Positions 25,001 through 64,000 of a DNA stretch of 64,000 nucleotides are shown piece after piece. Both the position numbers and the translations under genes were made by a program. Below the pieces are notes generated by a model. The model saw nothing but the letters and a program-made list of their open reading frames with translations. It had not been told where the DNA came from and did not search any database. Origin of the DNA: Octopus vulgaris. Taxonomy: Eukaryota. The first letter of the stretch is position 1, and the number at the start of each line of letters is the position of its first letter. Location of the stretch: contig OX597827.1 in the NCBI GenBank assembly GCA_951406725.2, positions 58,838,001 to 58,902,000 of the forward strand, read 5' to 3'.

Positions 25001-27604
25001 CCTGTGCTTATTAGTTCATGAAAATTATGAAAAAGGTTGAAGCTCACATTATGAGCAAACTTCACACCTCTGTGTATGTGTGTGTGTGTGTGTTGGTCAT
25101 AATTAATCTAAAAGCACTCTTTAGCATTTAAACTGGCCATATCCATCCCAAATATTCTGTTTTATGTTCAAACTGGCCAGATCTAGTTTCTCACACCTAC
25201 CCTGTAGTAGAAGACACTTGCCCCAAGGGCTATGTTGTGGGGCACATGGTTGCAAAACAAGCTTCTTAACCACACAGCCATGCCTAATTGTTAATTCCTG
25301 CAACTGCTACTTTGATCTATTGTTTCATTCCCTCAACTATTAGTGATAAATTGCATTTGGCCCTCCCCGGACCATATCCCTTCTCACTGCTATTGGGGTG
25401 GAGATGAAGGCGGCGAGCTGGCAGACTCGTTAGCACACCGGGCGAAATGCTTAGCGGTATTTCGCCTACTGCTACGTTCTGAGTTCAAATTCCACTTAGG
25501 TCAACTTTGCCATTCACCCTTTCGGGGTCGATTAGATAAGTACCAGTTACGCACTGGGGTCGATATAATCGACTAAATCTTTTTGTCTGTCCTTCTTTGT
25601 CCTCTCTGTGTTTAGCCCCTTGTGGGTAATAAAGAAATAGGTATTTTGCCTGCCGCTACGTTCTGAGTTCAAATTCCGCTGAGGTTGACTTTGCCTTTCA
25701 TCCTTTCAGGTTCGATTAAATAAGTACCAGTTACGTACTGGAGTTGATATAATCGGCTTAATCCATTTGTTTGTCCTCTCTGTGTTTAGCCCTCTTGTGG
25801 GTAGTAAAGAAATAGGTTGTCCACAAATGTGAGTCAGAGTGGCTGTTCAATCAATAGGTCCAAGTCTGGGGAAAAGCAGTTTAGTCCATTTTATTTTATT
25901 TTTAGAAAATATTTTTTTTTCTTTTTAGGGTGTAATTTTCTTAAATTTTCATACCCACCTAAGAAAGAACATAAAAATTTCTCGTATTTCCAGTTCCAGT
26001 ATATCTTTTTATTTTATTTATTTATTTATGTACTTGTTTTTGGTTCAATTTTATTAAGTCACATGTATTGCCATCATACTCAAAAATTTAGATGATTCAA
26101 TTGGTGTCCTAAATAACTCATTGCCATTGTGTCACAAACTAATGCCAAATTATTAAACAAAAGTAAATAGGTCATATGACATTTGCTTTGGGAGATAGCA
26201 GCCAAGCAGTTAGAAAGATCGATCTTAGTTAAGCTTAAAAAGATAAGTGATGTCTATTTTTAGTCATGGTTCTTTTTATGTCATAGTTAGATACTGGAAA
26301 GATTTTTTTGGCTTTTTCTTTTAAGTGATGTTGATAAAAGGGGAAGACTATTTTGACACATGCTTTTTCTTTTAACCTGTTAGCAATCAAATGTAAAGCT
26401 TATTTATTCACATTGTTTTGAATTAATCATGCATTGTCTCATACCTTTGCGAGTTCAATAAAGTGATTGTTGGATTTTTAGAATGACATTGTATGGTAGG
26501 TTTGAGAGATAAGTCTTGGCTGGTTTGATCATAAAACTGGTAAAATATTTGGGTCAGATATGACCAGTTTAAATGTTAATAAAACAAAGCTATATTTTGA
26601 AGACAAGTTGGGAATTTGGAAATTGTCACACAACTAATCCTGCTTCTACCTGTGTTCACCACTCACTGCATTCCCCTCTATCAGTCTGTCATCCTCCTTC
26701 CACACTCATATGAACTTGCTTATCTATCTTCGAATCATTTATCTTATAGTCACTTTCTAAAACTAGAGAGTGCACCACGAAACATCATCATCATCGTTTA
26801 ACGTCCATTTTCCATGCTAGCATGGTTTGGACAATTTTGACTGAGGGCTGGTGAACCAGATGGCTGCACCAGGCTCCAATCTTGATTTGGCAGAGTTTCT
26901 ACAGCTGGATGCCCTTCCTAACGCCAACCACTCCAAGAGTGTAGTGGGTGCTTTTTACGTGCCACCGGCATGGGGGCCAGTCAGGCAGTACTGGCAATGA
27001 TTTCGCTCGAATCTTTTTAACCATGCCACCAGCACAGGTGCCAGTAAGGTGATGTTGGTAACGATCACGCTCGGATGGTGCTCTTGGCACCCTTCTTGCA
27101 CGGGCACAAGTGCCAGTAAGGCAACGCTGGTAATGATCATGCTTGAATGGTGCCTTTTAAGTGCGATTGGCACGGAAGCTAGTTAGCCGCTCTGTCAATG
27201 GTCACGCTCGTATGGTGCTCTTTGCACCCTGCTGGCACGGACGCAAGTCATCGAATTTCATTTTGATTGATTTCACTTGCCTCAACAGGTCTTCACAAGC
27301 AGAGTTTTAGTGTCCAAAGAAACCCTGAAATCCCCCCTCAGCAAAACAACTGTATCTGTATTTCTATCATGTTTGAACTTGTCACTTGGCACAAAGCCAC
27401 CCCACTCAATACTCGGCACTGGCACTCCGTCAGTTACGACAACAAAGGTTTCAGCTGATCCGATCAATAGAACAGCCTGCTCATGAAATTAGCATGCAGG
27501 TGGCTGAGCACTCCACAGACCCTTAACATAGTTCTCAGGGAAATTCAGCATGACGAGAATGCAACAAGGCTGGCTCTTTGAAATACAGATACTACTCATT
27601 GTTG

Positions 27605-28030
27605 TACTTACTTGTACTTGTGACGGCGTTCACCCAGAGCGGATTGAGCCGGCTTCTTCTCTGGTCCTAATGGCATCACGAACCATGGCGGTCCATGCTC
27701 AACGGTCCTGTGCGAGGTCACTGGAGATAGTGAGCCATTCCCGGTTCCATCTGCGCAGACCGACCACCTGTGGACTTGAGAGTTCGGAGAGGTCCTCCTT
27801 TATCGTCGTTGCCCAGGTCTTCAGCTGCCCACCCATGCATTTGCACCAGTTGGGAAGTGGAGGTGGGAGGAGGACATCGCAAATCAGCTCACCCTCTGGA
27901 TGCCGGGCTGCATGACCAAACCACCTTAAGCGCCGGTGTAGAAGCAACGAAGGGAGGGGCCAGGTGATGACAAAGACCAGCTGTAGGAATCTGATCAATG
28001 TGGCAGAGACATTGTCGAACACCTCCAGCC
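27605..28030 (-). mobile_element. Non-LTR retrotransposon 3' fragment, second family
   Basis: RRLRWFGHAARHPEGE...GGQLKTWATTIKEDL...W..LAQDR, with a short tandem tail; related fragment near 32780-33150. Confidence 0.75.
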
Positions 28031-29114
28031 TTCGCTGATCGACTACCTTCTGGTGATGACATCTCTGGTTGCAGCAGATGAATGGCAGTCAAAGACTAAT
28101 ATTTACTGATAAAAATGAGATTTTTTAAAACTGTGAATGACTATTAGGGTCCATCCCAATAAAATAGGATCAAAGAGGTCCTTAGGTAAGAAATGGCTGA
28201 GAACCACTCATCTGGGGTATATGCAAAAGGTTGTTATCCTGAAGCTGGGGCGGAGGGGAGGTCAGGCACTATAATTGCCCCTTCTCTCATACCTCATGAT
28301 CTGAAAAAAGCTGTCCTATTATGTACCCTACCTTTTCCATCACTTAAGAGTCCCTATTTCGTTGCTCAGCCTGCTAGAAATAGCAACCTAATCTCACTCA
28401 AGACACATGATACAGTCTTAGAAAAGAACATATTAAGTCGTGTGATCTTGGGTGGTGGATGAGGCCTATTGAGAAAATGGAGTGGTCACAAGCGGATTAC
28501 TTTTGATCATAGCCTTGTAGCGTGAGGGCTGAATAGAGAACAAACAACAAGGACAATCATCATCTTAGTCGTCATAATCTACAGCAGTGTCAAGTTCAAG
28601 CTGTCAGCTAAACTCTACAAATCAGTCCAGCTACCTCACCATAATGGGCTGTGTGGTCATATGGTTCCAGGTTCAAACCCATGACACATCTTAAGTAAAT
28701 GTTTCTTGTACATCAAGCTGACTCAAATCACAGTGGTGGTAGTGATGGTGGAGGTGGTCATGGTGATAATGATAATGACTTTCTAAGCATATCCATATGC
28801 ACATTATTTATATTATTTACATTCAACGGATATTTGTCCTCATCTTGTTTGTAGTTAACACAACATTTTGGCTGATATACCCTCCAGCATTCATTAGGTA
28901 TCTTGGGGAAATTTTGAACCTGGGTTCTCATTCCTAAGGTAAAATAATAATAATAATAAAATAATGACTGTTACTGTTGTGTAGCACCTAAGTCCTGATC
29001 AAAATGATGATGGTGGTGGTAGTGGTGGAGGCGGTGGTGGCAGTAGCTGTGGTGATGAGGGTGAACAGAAAGAAAAGAAAAGTGATAATGTTGGATGCTG
29101 TTCTGTATTTTAAG

Positions 29115-43339
<14,225 letters not shown>

Positions 43340-44320
43340 ATAATAATCCTAAATGAATTGTTTTCTGTATTGAGAATCTCTGGATCTCATCTGTTGATTT
43401 TCTGTATATATTTGTATTGTGTGTGCACACATGCGTAAGTCAAGTATAGTAAATGTTATTGTGAGTTGACTATATTTCATTACTTAAAGTTTGTCACTGC
43501 AGAGGCATTTGTTAATCGGCAGACTAACAAAGAACTTATGCAAGGTAATGCAAAAGTTCTTTGTTGATAAGTTATCTGATGAATGCCCGCTCCAGTGCAG
43601 TAATGGAAACACAAATTTAATAATCATACAATCTTTTACATTCATTTATATATACATATATATTTCGAAACAGCTAATGACACTGATTTGCTAATCAGAG
43701 TTTCTGCCATGTGCTGGGAGAGAAAGAACGAAGATATATCTATATCTATCACTATCTTTCTCCCTTTTGATCTATGTGTGTGTGTGTGTGTGTGTGTACA
43801 AAGTGCTTTTTATATTTTTCTTTGGACAATTCTTTTTTTTTTTTGTTAATTAGATAGTTTTTTTTTTGCAATATATATGTGTAGAGATATTTGTGGAGAT
43901 GTAAAAATTAAATATTTTTACCCCGCACCCTAATTTTACAGATATAATTAAATTCCATAAGGAAGTTTGTTTTACTGAATTTAATAAGAGCAACAAAAAA
44001 TAAAATAAAAACAATATCCCTAAAAATCACAACCCATGATCAATTAGATTGAATGGAGTCTTTCTTTCCTTTTTTCATTTAACTTACAATAAATAGTGTG
44101 TGGTTTAATGATTAAGTCAACAACACCAAAAACAAATAAATATATAAATAATAATCCTAAATGAAGATATACTGATGTGTCATGAAGTAAAGGGCTTTCT
44201 AGATTTTTGAGTATCACTATTCATTATTTATGGACTAATGGTCACTCAAGTCCATGGAAAGATATTCTGATGAAAGACTTGCTCTCGAAACGTCAAAACT
44301 CTTTCCTTTTTCTTTTTTAA

Positions 44321-44532
44321 CCCTTTCATTACTGTATTTATTTTGAGATGCTCTGTGTTTCTCTCAGTTACTTTAAATATAACAAAGAATTTAGAAAAAT
44401 AACTCAGTTATCATTAAGCTAGTGTTAGGAACATTAATTATGACTAAGCTTTGGTAGATTTTAATTAAAAACTTATGAAAACAAGACATTTGTACTGCAG
44501 AGCCAGATTCAGCCGGGTTGGTAATGAAAGGG
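44321..44532. mobile_element. piggyBac-like MITE
   Basis: TTAA|CCCTTTCATTAC ... GTAATGAAAGGG|TTAA. A second TTAA-CCCTTT family occurs at about 45211-45430, 11500-11720 and 26372-26580. Confidence 0.8.
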
Positions 44533-45729
44533 TTAAGTGGTAAACTAATACAACATTTACTAAAACTTGTCCCACCTGTGTTGTCTTTTTTTGTGCTCAT
44601 TACATTCTTTATATATATATAAATCATAAAATGCTGAGATATAATTAAGGGCTAGTTTTAACACAGCTACTGAAGGAATAAATACAATCATGGTTCAAAG
44701 TAATTTAAAAAAGCCAAAAAAGAAAAAAAAAACACCAGCATCTTATTAAGTCCTACAAAAAATAATTAAAGGGGGGATATATATGCATCAGTTTTGGAAG
44801 TAAGAATTCAGATAAGCATTATAATTGTAATTATTATTATTATCATTTCTCTGTTTCCTTTCATTCATTTTCCCATGCTAGCACAGATAAGGTAGGCTAG
44901 CAAATTTATATTTGCATAAACATTTTTGAAACAAATGGTTTTTATTATTTTATTTTATTTTATTTTATTTTTGAGTTAAACGTGCTCGCTAACATCAACC
45001 ACTCAGTTATATAAAGTGGTTATTATACAGCCTAAGGTTGGATGAGATGTGTAAAGTGAATGATGAGAGAGGGAGTCTTGCCCCTCATCAAGGGGTGTGG
45101 AACAACACCAACAGTTTGAAACAACCAGCTGTAGAGACTCTGTGGACCCAAACCCATTAACCACTGAGTCACTTCCAAAAAAAAATTCAACAATATAATA
45201 TTCTTTAATAACCCTTCAGCATTTAGATCACTTTGTCAAATATAATGCTTGTATATTCATATTGTCCTTGAATTAATCATGTGTTATCTTGTAGCTTTGA
45301 GATTTCAATGATTTGAGTGCTTGTTTTTAGAATGACATTGTAGAGTAGGTGTGAAAGGCTGGATCTGGCCTGTTTGAACATGAATCAAGAACATTTGTGT
45401 TAGATATGAACACTTTAAATGCTAAAGGGTTAATTGCATTTTTTTTTTTTTTTTCAATTCTCTTTCTAACCCTGAGAATTTCTCAGAAATCAAAATATAC
45501 TTGCATAAACGCTAACAGAAGGTGGCTTGTAACAATTAACAATAAATAAGAATATCTCAACAAAAACCATACCAAGAGCAACATGTTAAACGTGCCCCTG
45601 CCCGAAACTCTCACCATCTTCTCTACTGCCACTTGTTTCTTGATGGAATGATTATCTACATGTACTATTTAGGGGTATTAGCTACACAACAATGAGTCAC
45701 AGCCTACTAAGAAATACATGGGTTGTGTT

Positions 45730-61033
<15,304 letters not shown>

Positions 61034-61369
61034 CTGGAAATACAATAAATGAATAAATAAATGAATAGATGTATAACTAATCAAACAAACAAAGATTAAA
61101 CAACAAAACCCCAGTGTTTCACTAGAACTTAATTTATTGACCCTGAAAGAAAGGAAAGCAAAATCGACCTCAGCAGAATTTAATCTCAGAAAGTCAAGAT
61201 AGACACAAAGCATTTCATCTGGTGTGCTTCCAGTTCTGCCAGCTTGCCATCTTTGTACCATTTTAATAATGACAAAGCCATGAAAGAAATGTTTCATCGT
61301 TTTAAAAAGTAATTGAATCAAAGGCAGTACATTTTAACTGAAATGTGGTAACAAAACACTTGAATTATT

Positions 61370-61957
61370 GGATCTTTACCTTTTGACTGACAGATTAAAA
61401 AAATAATTTTTTGTAACTAAACACTTTCAAACTTCAGACACTAGTAGAACATTTCATATAAAACATCTTCTATTCTTAGCATTTTTGAGAAAAACTTATA
61501 TTTATGAAGTAATTTCACATCAAAGTAGTCCTATTTTGGTAGTTTCAACCAATCAATGACGTGTATTCAGCTGAATAAAATTACTGCCGTTGTTTGTCAA
61601 CAACAACTATCGGCGGTGTACATTTCGTTTGTCACTGTTATTTATGACATCGTTCATGCGTTTGTAGTGGTTTTAGCTTTAAGGTTTTAGGGTTAGGGTT
61701 GTCATAAATAACAGTGACAAACAAAAAATACAAACAACGGCAGTAATTTTATTCAGCTGAATACACGTCATTGATTGGTTGAAATTACCGAAATAGGACT
61801 ACTTTGACGTGAAATTACTTCGTAAATATAAGTTTTTCTTAAAAATGCTAAGAGTAAAACATGTTTTATATGACATGTTCTACCAGTGTCCGAGGTTTGA
61901 AAGTTTTTGGTTACAAAAAACTATTTTTTAAATCTGTAGGTTAAAAGGTAAAGATCC
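61370..61957. mobile_element. Palindromic MITE with about 240-bp arms
   Basis: GGATCTTTACCTTTT ... AAAAGGTAAAGATCC; a half copy of the family lies at about 6400-6638. Confidence 0.88.
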
Positions 61958-62363
61958 GAAATGTGGTAACAAAACACTTAAATTATTTAATAAGAAAGGA
62001 CAGATCAGGTAAAGAGTGTCATTCTGGGTACACTCATGATCAGAAAATAAAAAATAACTGGGGTGGCAACAGCAGGAATGCATTTGATCATTGACCTTGT
62101 ACAATAAGTTTTATGTGGGAAATGCATTTGATAGATTTGTTCAGTAATGCTTATGTGGTTAAAGAACAACAATAAAATATTAAAAAAAAAAGAGCTAAAT
62201 ATGTAAGATGACCCATCCTTGAAAACAGACAACAATACCTACAAATGCTACCAGTTATAGCAACAAATGGGAGTAGTAGTATTGCTTTTGGTGATGGTAC
62301 TTCTGTAACAATTCAAACATGATTAAATGACAGACAAGAATAAACAATGAAAACTATTTATGA

Positions 62364-62404
62364 TAATGATAATAATAATAATGATAATAATAACAATAAT
62401 AATG

Positions 62405-62436
<32 letters not shown>

Positions 62437-62463
62437 TATTATTATTATTATTATTATTATTAT
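62364..62463. repeat. (AAT)n switching to (ATT)n, palindromic trinucleotide tract
   Basis: Directly visible. Confidence 0.9.
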
Positions 62464-62643
62464 GTTATTCTTTTACTTGTTTCAGTCATTTTGACTGTGT
62501 CCATGCTGGAGCACTGCATTCAGTCGAGCAAATCAACCCCAGGACTTATTCTTATGTTGAACCACAAAGTTACGGGGACGTAAACACACCAGCATCGGTT
62601 GTCAAGCGATGTTGGGACGCACACACAAACATATACATACATG

Positions 62644-62709
<66 letters not shown>

Positions 62710-64000
62710 CATATATACTAAGTTATGGGGATGTAAACACACCAGCATTGGTTGTCAAGCGATATTAGGGGCACAAACACAGACACACAAACATATACAC
62801 ACACATACATATATATATATATACATATACGGCAGACGAAATACCGCTAAGCATTTTGCCTGGCATGCTAACGATTCTGCCAGCTCGCTGCCCTAAAGAA
62901 TATTACAGTGCTAACAACAATATACAAGTGGAAGAGGATCCACATTATAACAATTTATTTCATTGTTTATACATTGTTTTGTCTCGAATTAATATTATAT
63001 ATACATATACATAAATACGATGGGCTTCTTTCAGTTTCCATCTACCAAATCCACTCACAAGGCTTTGGTTGGCCTAAGGCTATAGTAGAAGACACTTGTC
63101 CAAGGTGCCACACAGTGGGACTGAACCCGGAATCATGTGGCTGGTAAGCAAGCTACTTACCACACACCCACTCCTATGCCTACATGAAATATTTTTCAAT
63201 GTCGTCTGAATGAATTGTTTATTTTTTTATGAATTTCAATGTTGTCCACATCAATTGTTTATATCCTCGTCACCATTGTTATAATGTGGATCCTCTTCCA
63301 CTTGTATATTGTTGTTAGCACTGTAATATTCTTTAGGGCAGCGAGCTGGCAGAATCGTTAGCACGCCAGGCAAAATGCTTAGCGGTATTTCGTCTGCCGT
63401 TAAGTTCTGAGTTCAAATTCCACCGAGGTCAACTTTGCCTTCCATCCTTTCAGGGTCAATTAAATAAGTACCAGTTACGCACTGGGGTCGATGTAATGGA
63501 CTTAATGCCTTTGTCTGTCCTTGTTTGCCCCCTCTATGTTTAACCCCCTGTGGGCAATAAAGAAATAAATATTCTTGTCACCACTATTATGTTGTGGCAG
63601 TATGCTGCATCTTATTGCCTTTGACTCATCTATCGGGCTTTCTCTGATAGCTCCGCAAGACAATGACTTTGAACTGTCCCTTCACAGTAACTCAAACTTG
63701 TATACATCATCTAACTGACACTAACTCTAACCAAGAAACTTGCTCAATGAATCTACTATTACTGACAGACCATCTGACTTTGTAGTGGCTATCAAATAAA
63801 CTTTCTTTTCATTTACATATTTGCATAACAAAAAATTAACTTTATAATCTTTCTATAAGTCTACTATTGCAAACAACATTTTATACTACCACAATAACAA
63901 TGTCAACGTCACATTTTCTATATGAGTGTGTATGTGTCTGTCAGTGTGTGTGTATGTTTGCATGTTCATTACCTACATTAAGCTGATGACTGAGAAGTAT

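Noticed and set aside
61687-61700. TTAGGG telomeric repeat
   Set aside because: Only two units inside a MITE; not a telomere or fusion relic

Overview
AT-rich, microsatellite- and TE-dense eukaryotic genomic DNA, most likely from an octopus (inferred from the tRNA-SINE/Meta-SINE families, an RTE LINE with a (GAT)n tail and very long (TA)n tracts). Genes were reconstructed by hand from splice sites and reading phase. (1) A complete 10-exon DUSP11/PIR1 RNA 5'-phosphatase on the minus strand (ATG 16946, stop 2033, about 321 aa, [10 protein letters not shown]). (2) An intronless ALDH3/FALDH-type aldehyde dehydrogenase on the plus strand (17166-18653), head-to-head with DUSP11 across 219 bp. (3) A candidate small plus-strand membrane-protein gene (exons at 29115, 36631 or 37651, 38688, 43277) with a tandemly duplicated 59-nt exon. 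(4) The last three coding exons of a minus-strand UNC79-like gene (61033 to 45730). The rest is SINEs, RTE and Penelope remnants, Helitron, hAT, piggyBac and Tc1-type elements, and one young 5'-truncated RTE with an open RT frame. The most notable observations are: a TE-built arrangement resembling a docking site with selectors around the duplicated exon; a 24-nt perfect antisense copy of the DUSP11 catalytic exon in the adjacent intron; hammerhead-ribozyme cores in small inverted-repeat modules beside (TA)n tracts; and a palindromic MITE with a 30-bp flanking duplication. Protein names come from recalled family motifs, not from a database search. Most ORFs in the supplied track are microsatellite or TE noise.
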